From: Akkermansia muciniphila ATCC BAA-835
Lineage (GTDB): Bacteria > Verrucomicrobiota > Verrucomicrobiia > Verrucomicrobiales > Akkermansiaceae
Length of the DNA stretch: 32,000 nt
Reading direction: 5' to 3'
Assembly (NCBI RefSeq): GCF_000020225.1
Contig: NC_010655.1
Span: forward strand, 2,340,001 to 2,372,000
The notes beneath the pieces are model-generated. The model was not told the origin of the DNA. It searched no databases and worked only from the letters and a program-made list of their open reading frames with translations. Shown piece after piece: positions 7,223 through 14,995 of the stretch (its first letter is position 1; every line of letters starts with the position of its first letter). The position numbers and the translations under genes were made by a program.

Positions 7223-8329
7223 TTACTTCACAAGAAGTTCCTGAACCTTGTCGAGGTTTTCGGAAAGTTCCTTGCAACTGTCGATGATTGCCTTGAGCTG
7301 CTCCTTTTTGTCGAGGTTTTTCACCAGGGGGCCCTGTATGGCGTCGAGGCTCTTGAATACCTTGGCGATAGAACCTTTCACAGCCTGGCCAACCTTCGCG
7401 GACTTGGCGGCTACGAGAGGGGAAATCGCATTGTAGGATTTTTCTACGCTCTGTACGTTGTGGCGGGAGTCCACCAGAGAAGTGTAGCTGTAAAGGGATT
7501 CACAGTCGGCGGCGTCAGCCGTTTCGTAGGGCTTGCCCACCTTTGAATCGGCTATTTCGTCAATAATGTCCTTGCTGCCGCCGATGATTTCATCAAGCAC
7601 TTCAGAGTTTGACTCGTAGCGGCTGCCTGCCTGGCCAGCTTTTTTGAATTCCCCCGCATAGGACTTGCCGGGTTCTATTTCAGCTTCTTCAAGAATCTTG
7701 GCCTTCTCTTCGCTGATCTTGTCAGAACCCGCCCACCAGGCTTCAAGCGTGATGGCATCCTCTGCAATCACCTCGGCCACAGCGGCAAGGTAGGAAAGCT
7801 GTCCGGGCGTCAGATCGGCGGCCTTGCGGGGTTGCCCATCTCGGAACAAGAGGTATTCGGCAGCATGGAAACCGCGCGTTTCCGCGCCGAGGGAATTGCG
7901 GACGTAGGCGGCGTCAATCGTTACGCTCTTGCTGTCCGCGTTTTTGGCGACGGCGTCAAGGTTCGTGGTATCCAGGGGCCAGGAGTCCAGCTTCGGGTCA
8001 AGGTTGGCGAAAGCAGCCGGACCAAAGAGGAAGGATTCTGAAAGTTCCCACGGCACGCGCGTTTCAAGAAGAAGCTTCCCTGCTTCAGCAACCTTGGCAT
8101 CGGTAGGAGCAGCCTTCAGCTCTTTAGCGGCCTTGGCGAATTTGAGAGCGTTATCACTCATCGTCTTGTAGGTGGGAATGACAAGCTCATCCGCGTAGGC
8201 GGCAATCGCCGCGCTCGTTTTGTCCACCTTGGGGGAAGCGGCCTTGGCCGCCTGAGCCTGGCTACCGAAAGCCAGGATTGTACTTCCGGCGCAAAAGCCG
8301 GCCAGCAACATGCGTTTGTATGCGTTCAT
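7223..8329 (-). CDS. Imelysin-family (Peptidase_M75-like, IrpA/EfeO-M75-type) periplasmic protein
   Basis: 368-aa ORF with signal peptide MNAYKRMLLAGFCAGSTILAFGSQAQA. The blocks VPWELSESFLFGP, LDSWPLD and GFHAAEYLLF (the G-x-H-x-x-E motif) are characteristic of imelysin-like proteins. Confidence 0.85.
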   Translation of the reverse strand: MNAYKRMLLAGFCAGSTILAFGSQAQAAKAASPKVDKTSAAIAAYADELVIPTYKTMSDNALKFAKAAKELKAAPTDAKVAEAGKLLLETRVPWELSESFLFGPAAFANLDPKLDSWPLDTTNLDAVAKNADSKSVTIDAAYVRNSLGAETRGFHAAEYLLFRDGQPRKAADLTPGQLSYLAAVAEVIAEDAITLEAWWAGSDKISEEKAKILEEAEIEPGKSYAGEFKKAGQAGSRYESNSEVLDEIIGGSKDIIDEIADSKVGKPYETADAADCESLYSYTSLVDSRHNVQSVEKSYNAISPLVAAKSAKVGQAVKGSIAKVFKSLDAIQGPLVKNLDKKEQLKAIIDSCKELSENLDKVQELLVK

Positions 8330-8382
8330 GGTTTTTTATTGATAATGAAAACATCCGTATCCTCCTCAGGGAGGCATCCTCC
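8262..8382 (-). promoter_or_regulatory. 5' leader element: GGAGG / CCTCC / AGGAGGA triad plus a 30-codon uORF overlapping the imelysin start
   Basis: The minus strand reads GGAGG-ATG-CCTCC-CTG-AGGAGGA-tacgg-ATG (8382 down to 8352). The central CCTCC can pair with either flanking GGAGG. AGGAGGA (8366-8360) sits 5 nt upstream of ATG 8354, which opens MFSLSIKNHERIQTHVAGRLLRRKYNPGFR* (to 8262). That ORF is out of frame with, and overlaps, the imelysin ATG at 8329, which has no SD of its own. Confidence 0.3.
8336..8356. promoter_or_regulatory. AT-rich Fur-box-like sequence just upstream of the imelysin start
   Basis: TTATTGATAATGAAAACATCC. The first 8 nt of GATAATGAAAACATC match the classical GATAATGATAATCATTATC consensus, but the second half is poor. 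It sits 7-27 nt upstream of ATG 8329. The Fur motif for this lineage is not known to me. Confidence 0.25.
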
Positions 8383-8432
8383 AATCCGGCAGGATTTCAT
8401 GGCATATCCGCCATTTTTTCCCGCCGGAGCGG

Positions 8433-8461
8433 AAAATAATAATCCGGCCAAACGATGTCAA
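8433..8461 (-). promoter_or_regulatory. Candidate sigma70-type promoter of the iron operon
   Basis: On the minus strand: TTGACA (8461-8456), a 17-nt spacer, then TATTTT (8438-8433). Alternatively TATTAT (8441-8436) with a 14-nt spacer. An AT-rich tract lies upstream (8462-8490). This would give a leader of about 95 nt. It is a consensus match only. Confidence 0.3.
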
Positions 8462-8583
8462 TTAAAAATTAGTTTAAACTAACTTTGCAACAAAAAACCC
8501 CTCTTGTGGCCGCATGCCGGAACATCGGCATGTTATTGATTCGGAAATATTTTCTGTTTCCGAATGCGCCCAGGAGCCGCCTT

Positions 8584-9183
8584 TCACCAAATTCCGAATT
8601 TCTCCGCGACAAGGCTCCTTACCTCGCCAAAAGATTCCACTGCGGGCGGATTTTCCGTATGGCCTCCGAGAAACTTCTCCATCCAGATCATATGGTACCA
8701 ACGGCCGAATTTGTATCCGCACCGATGAAATTTCCCTGCAAATTGATACCCCAAACGTTTATGGAACTGGACGCTGTCCCGTGTAAGATAGGGGTCCTCA
8801 GCTTCACAGGGATAAGCAATGCACGCGTTTAAATTCAAAATATTCTGCATGGAGAGAATCTTTTCCAGAGCTGCATACAGTTCCCTTCCCGTTCCCATTT
8901 TTTTCATGTCTTCCCGCACGTATACCGTCGTTTCCACAGCCCAGCGATACGCTGCGCGGTCCTTGAACACTCCTGCATAGGCATAACCGGAAATATCCCC
9001 TGCCCTTTCCGCAACCAAATAGGGGTATTTTCCCAGTACGTGATCTATTCTTTTTTCAAACTCCGTCACTGCAGGCACTTCATATTCAAACGTGACAGCT
9101 GTCTTTTCCACATACGGAGCGTAAATTTCCAGCAGCTTGGCCGCATCCCGCCTCGTTGCAATTCTGATTCTGCTGCTTTTCAT
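8584..9183 (-). CDS. GNAT-family N-acetyltransferase (phosphinothricin/methionine-sulfoximine acetyltransferase-like)
   Basis: The 199-aa ORF follows the PAT/YwnH pattern: IRIATRRDAAKLLEIYAPYV, PYLVAE..GDISGYAYAG.F..RAAYRWAVETTVYV, GTGRELY and GYKFGRWYHMIWMEK. Confidence 0.85.
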   Translation of the reverse strand: MKSSRIRIATRRDAAKLLEIYAPYVEKTAVTFEYEVPAVTEFEKRIDHVLGKYPYLVAERAGDISGYAYAGVFKDRAAYRWAVETTVYVREDMKKMGTGRELYAALEKILSMQNILNLNACIAYPCEAEDPYLTRDSVQFHKRLGYQFAGKFHRCGYKFGRWYHMIWMEKFLGGHTENPPAVESFGEVRSLVAEKFGIW

Positions 9184-9318
9184 TTCGGTTGACCGTGCTG
9201 GGCCCCTGAGCCGGAAGCGCTGCCGATCATTCTAATATTTCACAAGCGATTGTCAATTTGAGGCCGCCCAAGTACCCGCCATTTCCGGGAAATATCATCC
9301 GCCGCATGTTTTCCGCCG

Positions 9319-9338
9319 TTCCCGTTCATGAACGGGAA
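9319..9338. repeat. Perfect 20-bp palindrome TTCCCGTTCATGAACGGGAA
   Basis: Verified base by base. It lies 136 nt upstream of the GNAT start. A second 6-1-6 palindrome ATTTCCGGGAAAT lies at 9281-9293 and shares the TTCC/GGAA arms. Confidence 0.6.
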
Positions 9339-9440
9339 GAAACGGGGTCAATATTCATTTCAAAAGCAGAGTAAAAACCGCATTTTTTACCTTGTCCGGT
9401 TCCCCGTGTCCATTTATGGAAAGCCCTCCCGAAAAAGTGA

Positions 9441-9476
9441 AAAAAGGCCGGAGTCCATAGAGAACCCGGCCTTTTG
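9441..9476 (-). terminator. Intrinsic terminator after the 143-aa ORF
   Basis: AAAAGGCCGG (9442-9451) pairs with CCGGCCTTTT (9466-9475), with a 14-nt loop. On the minus-strand RNA the GC core is followed by U6 (complement of 9440-9445). It lies about 40 nt downstream of the stop at 9513. Confidence 0.6.
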
Positions 9477-9512
9477 GAAAGGATAGGATGTCACTTCGCG
9501 GAGAAATCCGTC

Positions 9513-9944
9513 TCAGGAGTAAAAACCAATGTCCGGTTCCCGGTCCCGCCGCCTGCGTTTAAAATACGGATTGCGGTAGCGGTGGATGCATTTGCCGGAA
9601 CTCCCAGGGGTATAATGAAGAGGGGCCGCCTCCTTGATGGCTTCACGGCTCAATATCTCCACAAAATCCTTCAAGGACATTTCCAGATCTGCATCGTGGC
9701 ATGCCAGCGCGGCGGACAGGCGCACTTTGCCGTTGTCATAGTCCACATACATGGCGAACAGCGTGGTCTGGTACAGGTGCCACGGTTCCCCGCCCATTTT
9801 TCCGGACTGGTGTTGGCTGATGGCCTCCAACAGCCACGTCAGCGCATGTTCCAGTTCCAGATTGTCCAGAACATCCCGTATAAGAGATGTTTCGCGGCCG
9901 AAAACGGCCACGCTTTCCTGTTGTCTTGCCCTGTTGATTTTCAT
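9513..9944 (-). CDS. Hypothetical protein (143 aa), no family recognised
   Basis: This is the internal ATG 9944 of the 9513..10175 track ORF, whose upstream part runs into hpt and is not credible. One of the very few strong SD sites in the window precedes it (GGAAAGGAGAAccaagacATG), and a terminator follows it. The protein starts MKINRARQQESVAVFGRE... and ends in a basic tail, NPYFKRRRRDREPDIGFYS. Confidence 0.6.
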   Translation of the reverse strand: MKINRARQQESVAVFGRETSLIRDVLDNLELEHALTWLLEAISQHQSGKMGGEPWHLYQTTLFAMYVDYDNGKVRLSAALACHDADLEMSLKDFVEILSREAIKEAAPLHYTPGSSGKCIHRYRNPYFKRRRRDREPDIGFYS

Positions 9945-10038
9945 GTCTTGGTTCTCCTTTCCGGTTTCCCTTGTTAAGCAGGACGGCGGATAATTCTGCC
10001 GCTCCAATTGTTTTGGACACTTTTTTTCAACAGGTTGT

Positions 10039-10581
10039 TCAATCTGAATTCTCAACTGTGTCAGCCATGACCACTTTCCCAATGTACGGGAGTTCCCGGT
10101 AATTCCCATCCAGGTCCATTCCAAACCCCACCAGGAAATCGTTTCCCTGCGTAAAAGCCACGTAATCAGCCTCAAAAGGCACTTTCCGGCAACAGTGCTT
10201 GTCCACGGCTACAGCAGTGAGGACTTCCTTCGCCCCTCTTCTTTTCAATTCCCGGCAAACTTCATCCAGCGTAGCGCCCGTATCCAGAACGTCATCCACC
10301 ACCAGAACAGGCACATCGGGCTGGAAATCCCCGCAATCCCCCTCCCACGCCACGGAACCGGAATTTCTCATTCCGGCATAACTGGAAATCTTGACGGCTT
10401 TCACCGCAGGCCGGGATTTCAAATGCTTCTCCAACATCGCAGCGAAAGGAAGAGCGCCGTTCAGCAGCAGCAATAAAATATAGGGTTTTCCTGCCATGGC
10501 CCTGTCAATGGATGCGGCCAGTTCCCTGACGCGCGCGCAGATGGCATCCTCTGCAATCAAAGGAGTGATGGTGTAAGTCAT
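10039..10581 (-). CDS. hpt: Hypoxanthine(-guanine) phosphoribosyltransferase
   Basis: PRPP-binding motif VLVVDDVLDTGATL is present. The Hpt-type blocks are LLNGALPF, ISSY, DYVAF and FLVGFGMDLDGNYRELPYIG. The track ORF begins at TTG 10620. ATG 10581 (MTYTITPLIAED) is preferred. Confidence 0.85.
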   Translation of the reverse strand: MTYTITPLIAEDAICARVRELAASIDRAMAGKPYILLLLLNGALPFAAMLEKHLKSRPAVKAVKISSYAGMRNSGSVAWEGDCGDFQPDVPVLVVDDVLDTGATLDEVCRELKRRGAKEVLTAVAVDKHCCRKVPFEADYVAFTQGNDFLVGFGMDLDGNYRELPYIGKVVMADTVENSD

Positions 10582-10819
10582 GGAAACGGGGCATGATAAT
10601 GTTTCCTGTAAGAAAATCAATCCTTAAAGGAGAATGAACGGAGACAAAACATTCCCGGCCGGGCTCCAGCAAATTTTACAAGAAGCAGGACTGGTCTTCA
10701 TAGTCAGGAGGCATCAAAAAAGCGCTCTCAAGATTGTTTCTCCGCCCCGGTCGGCAGAGAATGCGGAGGCGCATTTAACGGTGGCTTCCCGCCGGACCGC
10801 ATGGTAAAGTAAGGCAGAA

Positions 10820-13657
10820 ATGACTGATTCCCCTTCCAAGCGCCTTTTTATTCTGGATGGAATGGCCCTGGCTTACAGAGCCCACTTCGCCTTTTTCTCC
10901 AATCCTATCCGCAATTCCAAGGGAGTCAATACTTCCGCCGTGTACGGCTTCGCCAATACGCTGCTGGGCATTCTGGAGCACGAACGCCCCACGCACATCG
11001 CGGCCTGTTTCGACACTTCCGCTCCCACGGCGCGCCATAAGCTTTACCCTGCCTATAAAGCCAACCGGGAATCCATGCCGGAAGAGTTGAGCGACCAAAT
11101 GCCCCTGATTTTCAGATTGCTGGAGGCCATGAATATTCCCATTCTGCGCTATGAGGGCTATGAGGCGGACGATACGATAGGCACGCTGGCACGCATCGCG
11201 GACGGTACGGAGGGATTCCAGACCTACATGGTTTCCCAGGACAAGGACCTGGGCCAGCTTATTTCCTCCACCTGCTTTCTGTGGAAACCCGGCAAAAGGG
11301 GCAATGACCACGAAGTGATTGACCTGGCAAAGCTCAAGGAGCAATGGGGCATTGAACGTGCGGACCAGGTAGTTGATATTCTGGCCCTGATGGGCGACAG
11401 CTCCGACAATATTCCGGGGCTTCCCGGCGTGGGGGAAAAGACGGCTAAGCTGCTGATCGGAGAGTTCGGCTCCGTGGAAAACCTGCTGTCTAATACGGAT
11501 AAACTGAAAGGGAAGCGCAAACAGATTGTGGAGGAAAACGGGGCCATGGCAACCCTTTCCAAGCAACTGGCCACCATTGACCGGAACGTTCCCCTGACGG
11601 TGACCCTGCCTGAATTGGTTAAAAGAGAACCCAGTCCGGAAGAACTGCAGGCCCTTCTCCAGGAGTTGGAATTCCGGTCCATGCAGGCCAAGCTGTTCGG
11701 GAAAAAAGCGCCGGAGCCCAGAAAAGCCCCCCTCCCGGCGGACGATTTGTTTGCTCCCGCCCCCCGGACGGAACAACCTCTGTCGGCGGAACCCTCCGCC
11801 CCTGTGTCGGGAGCACGGCAGAACGGTTCGGGACAAATGGATTTATTTGAGGAACGCCATTTGAAAACGGTAGATGATTTCAGGCACGAATATATTATTG
11901 CAGATACGCCGGAAGCCCGTTCCTCCATGGCAGCCGAGCTGGAAAAGTATGATTCCTGGTGCTTCGACACGGAAACGACGGGCCTGAACCCCCTCATGGA
12001 CAACCTGCTGGGCGTCTCCTTTTGCGCTGAACCGCACAAGGCATGGTACATGCCTGTCTCCGGTCCGGCGGATCTGGAAGCGGTCAGGCCGCTCCTGGAA
12101 GGCCCCGCAGAGAAGATAGGGCATCACCTGAAATTTGACCTGGAGGTTTTGCGAGCCAACGGCATTCATGTCAAAGGCCCCTTTTTCGATACGTTGCTGG
12201 CTCATGCCCTGATCGCTCCAGGCATGAAGCACGGAATGGACGTTCTGGCGGAAAATTTGCTGCAATATTCCACGATTAAACTGAAGGACATTGCCGCTCC
12301 GGGAGCAAAAAAACGGGAACTGGACACCAGCGGCGTTCCCGTGGAAGTAATGGGCAAATATTCGGCGGAGGATGCGGATATCACCCTCCAGCTTTCCGCC
12401 GTCCTGAAAAGGCAGGTCAAGGAGAGCGGCATGGAAAAACTGTTCCGTACCGTGGAATTGCCCCTGCTTCCCGTGCTGGCGGACATGGAGTTTTCCGGTA
12501 TCCGCGTGCTTCCGGAATCCCTGGAAAAGGCTTCCGTCAAGGTAGGAGCCATCATTGACGGCCTGCGGGAAAGAATTGAAGAAGCCGCAGGCCATCCCCT
12601 GAATCTGAATTCCCCCAAGCAGCTCGGAGATTTCCTGTTCGGAGAACTGGAGCTGGTGAAGAAGCCCAAGAAGACGAAGACGGGCCAGTTCGTGACGGAT
12701 GAAGACACCCTTTCCGCTCTGGCCCCCCAGCATCCCATTATAGCGGATATCCTGGCCTACCGGGAGAATATGAAGCTGAAGAGCACATATCTGGATGCGC
12801 TGCCCAAGTATATCTGCCCGCGGGACGGACGCATCCATACCCAATTCCACCAGATGCTGACCGCAACCGGGAGGCTTGCCTCCCAGGATCCCAATCTTCA
12901 AAATATTCCGGTAAGGACGGAACAGGGGCGCCTGATCCGCACCGCCTTTGTCCCCGCCTCAGAGAAATACACCATGCTGTCTGCGGATTATTCCCAGATT
13001 GAACTGCGCATCATGGCGGCTCTTTCAGGAGATCCCGCCATGTGCGGAGCATTCAGGGAAGGACGGGACATCCATACGGAAACGGCCGCCCGTGTGTACG
13101 GCATTCCCCGCGACCAGGTGGACGCCGTTATGCGCCGTGCGGCCAAAACGGTGAATTTCGGCATTATTTACGGCATTTCCGCCTTCGGTCTCTCCCAGAG
13201 GCTGGGCTGCCCCCGCGGAGAAGCCGCCACTTTGATTGAAAACTATTTTACCCAGTTCCCCGTAGTTAAATCCTTCATGGAAGACCTGGTTCACAAAGCG
13301 GAACAAGCCGGTTACGCGGAAACGCTATTGGGGCGACGGAGGATGATTCCGGAAATCAATTCCGCCAACAAGACCATTAAATCCGCTGCGGAACGTACTG
13401 CCATCAACACCCCCATCCAGGGCACGGCGGCGGATATGATTAAAATAGCCATGATTCATGTGGATAAATTGCTGAAAGGCACCAGATCCCGGCTTATCCT
13501 CCAGATTCATGATGAATTGCTGGTGGACCTGCACAGGGATGAGTTGGATCTCATTCCCAAGATAGAGGAAGCCATGGTCAGCGCGCTGCCCCTGCCCAAC
13601 GGCGTTCCCATTCTGGTGGAAGCCAGGACGGGAGGCAATTGGCTGGAAGCCCATTAA
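10820..13657 (+). CDS. polA: DNA polymerase I
   Basis: The 945-aa ORF has a 5'-3' exonuclease N-terminus (LFILDGMALAYRAHFA, DKDLGQL, SDNIPGLPGVGEKTA) and a 3'-5' exo-like middle (FDTETTGL). The family A polymerase motifs are DYSQIELRIMA, RRAAKTVNFGIIYG and QIHDELLV. Confidence 0.97.
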   Translation: MTDSPSKRLFILDGMALAYRAHFAFFSNPIRNSKGVNTSAVYGFANTLLGILEHERPTHIAACFDTSAPTARHKLYPAYKANRESMPEELSDQMPLIFRLLEAMNIPILRYEGYEADDTIGTLARIADGTEGFQTYMVSQDKDLGQLISSTCFLWKPGKRGNDHEVIDLAKLKEQWGIERADQVVDILALMGDSSDNIPGLPGVGEKTAKLLIGEFGSVENLLSNTDKLKGKRKQIVEENGAMATLSKQLATIDRNVPLTVTLPELVKREPSPEELQALLQELEFRSMQAKLFGKKAPEPRKAPLPADDLFAPAPRTEQPLSAEPSAPVSGARQNGSGQMDLFEERHLKTVDDFRHEYIIADTPEARSSMAAELEKYDSWCFDTETTGLNPLMDNLLGVSFCAEPHKAWYMPVSGPADLEAVRPLLEGPAEKIGHHLKFDLEVLRANGIHVKGPFFDTLLAHALIAPGMKHGMDVLAENLLQYSTIKLKDIAAPGAKKRELDTSGVPVEVMGKYSAEDADITLQLSAVLKRQVKESGMEKLFRTVELPLLPVLADMEFSGIRVLPESLEKASVKVGAIIDGLRERIEEAAGHPLNLNSPKQLGDFLFGELELVKKPKKTKTGQFVTDEDTLSALAPQHPIIADILAYRENMKLKSTYLDALPKYICPRDGRIHTQFHQMLTATGRLASQDPNLQNIPVRTEQGRLIRTAFVPASEKYTMLSADYSQIELRIMAALSGDPAMCGAFREGRDIHTETAARVYGIPRDQVDAVMRRAAKTVNFGIIYGISAFGLSQRLGCPRGEAATLIENYFTQFPVVKSFMEDLVHKAEQAGYAETLLGRRRMIPEINSANKTIKSAAERTAINTPIQGTAADMIKIAMIHVDKLLKGTRSRLILQIHDELLVDLHRDELDLIPKIEEAMVSALPLPNGVPILVEARTGGNWLEAH

Positions 13658-13855
13658 AAAATATTTTTTCAAAAGACTCCCACGCGTTCCGCATTCCAGA
13701 ATTCCCGCGCCTTCCCGATGCCGTATTTTCCCTTCCGGCCGTATCGGGTTCCAGTTTGTGGACGAGTTATCCCTCCAGCGGGAAATTTTTGAAAAGAATG
13801 ATTCCCCCCGCGGCAGAAAAATGGGTGGGAAAGGATATCCCTTTGAAAAAATGAA

Positions 13856-14968
13856 TTAAAGAATCAGAGCGTCCCCTGCCTGGAATTCCGGAACGGTCAC
13901 CAGGGCTCTGCCGTCTTTTAACGCCACTACCTGCACCTTGCGTTCCTGCATTCCTGACGGCGTTTTTACCTGGATGGAGCTGCCGTCCCTGACGGCGGAA
14001 GCGGGAATCCACGCGGAAACGGGAACTTGAACATTGATGGCTACTTGAAGAGCCATGTTGACGGGAGCCACTTGCCACTCGGAAACATGGGAGGCATTCG
14101 GCTCCAGGGAGGCAATCAACACGGCGGAATTGCTTTTGGAATCCAGCGCCGCATCCACCGCCGTAACGCGGCCCAACCACTGCAGCCGTTTTCCATTATT
14201 CAGCACGCAAGAGGCGGTCAGAGCCGTATTCACCTTGCCCTGCTCATCCCTGGGCAATGCGGAAAATTCTTCCAGCGGAACGGGAATCCGTATCATCCGC
14301 TCCTGAAGAGGAATTACTTTCCCCACCGGCTGCCCGGCGACCACGCGGGCACCGGCTCCCACAGAGCATTCCACCACCTGGCAGGTATAGGGAGCTTCCA
14401 GCACCGTATCCCGGAGGGCCTGTTCTGCTTCCGCCACATACGCCTCCGCGGCGTTCAGCCTGGCGTTTACGGCTCTGCGCTGCGGAACCCGGAGCACCAG
14501 TTCGGATTCCTTTCCGCTTTTGGAGACGGAGCTGTATGTCTTTTTGATGGCTTTCAGGGCTTCCGCCTGCTCCGTAGAAACATCCAGGCGGGCCTGTTCC
14601 AGTTCCGCCTGAGCGTTCGCCAGTCGGGCGCGGTATTCAAATTTTTCCAATTCCATCAGGGGGGTTCCCTTCAGGACAATTTCCCCCACATTAAACAGGG
14701 GATGCACTTTGTCCACCTTTCCGGAAACGCTGGGAGAAAGCATCGTCAGGTAGGAGGCCTTTACGATGCCGGGCGCGGAAATGGAAAGAGTGTTCGTCTG
14801 CAGCCGGAGGGGTGTCTCCGTTCCTGCGGGCGCGCAGCCCCTGTTTCCGGAAGAGGAAAAAGAGACGGACGGCTCCGTTACAATAGCCGTGCCTATCAGA
14901 AGCGCCACAATCCCCAGGCCGATGCCTATGGACCAGGACGTTCCCTTTTTTTGAGGGGCCTCGCTCAT
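13856..14968 (-). CDS. HlyD-family / efflux-adaptor (membrane fusion) protein, no cognate pump adjacent
   Basis: It has an N-terminal anchor (WSIGIGLGIVALLIGTAIV), a lipoyl-like segment (SPSVSGKVDKVHPLFNVGEIVLKGTPLMELE) and a coiled-coil hairpin (RARLANAQAELEQARLDV...AEAEQALRDTVLEAPY), followed by a beta-barrel-like C-terminus. The track start is TTG 14971. ATG 14968 is preferred. Confidence 0.75.
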   Translation of the reverse strand: MSEAPQKKGTSWSIGIGLGIVALLIGTAIVTEPSVSFSSSGNRGCAPAGTETPLRLQTNTLSISAPGIVKASYLTMLSPSVSGKVDKVHPLFNVGEIVLKGTPLMELEKFEYRARLANAQAELEQARLDVSTEQAEALKAIKKTYSSVSKSGKESELVLRVPQRRAVNARLNAAEAYVAEAEQALRDTVLEAPYTCQVVECSVGAGARVVAGQPVGKVIPLQERMIRIPVPLEEFSALPRDEQGKVNTALTASCVLNNGKRLQWLGRVTAVDAALDSKSNSAVLIASLEPNASHVSEWQVAPVNMALQVAINVQVPVSAWIPASAVRDGSSIQVKTPSGMQERKVQVVALKDGRALVTVPEFQAGDALIL

Positions 14969-14995
14969 CAACAGTTCCGGGGGAAACGCGTCCCG

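Noticed and set aside
8512-8565. Two hairpins just downstream of the GNAT stop: GCATGCCG/CGGCATGT at 8512-8533 and ATTCGGAAA/TTTCCGAAT at 8539-8565. They were considered as the GNAT terminator.
   Set aside because: Neither is followed by a U-tract on the minus strand. They may contribute to termination or stability, but the evidence is too weak to annotate.
8584-9183. GNAT gene considered as the toxin of a GNAT/RHH-type toxin-antitoxin pair.
   Set aside because: The sequence follows the phosphinothricin-acetyltransferase (PAT/YwnH) pattern rather than the TacT-like toxin pattern. No small antitoxin ORF is adjacent on either side.
9474-9977. 167-aa plus-strand ORF competing with the 143-aa minus-strand ORF.
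   Set aside because: It has no SD or terminator in the plus orientation, and its composition is antisense-like. The minus-strand ORF has a strong SD at the right spacing and a downstream terminator.
10634-10807. 57-codon ORF (MNGDKTFPAGLQQILQEAGLVFIVRRHQ...) filling the divergent hpt/polA intergenic region, preceded by AAAGGAGA.
   Set aside because: The GGAG is only 1 nt from the ATG, which is poor spacing. The peptide has no recognisable features, and the region is needed for two divergent promoters. It cannot be supported without conservation or ribosome-profiling data.
13655-13668. AAAAAATATTTTTT palindrome overlapping the polA stop, considered as a bidirectional terminator for the convergent polA and adaptor genes.
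   Set aside because: A pure A/T palindrome has no stable stem. I found no convincing GC stem plus U-tract anywhere in the 198-bp convergent gap, so I do not annotate a terminator there.
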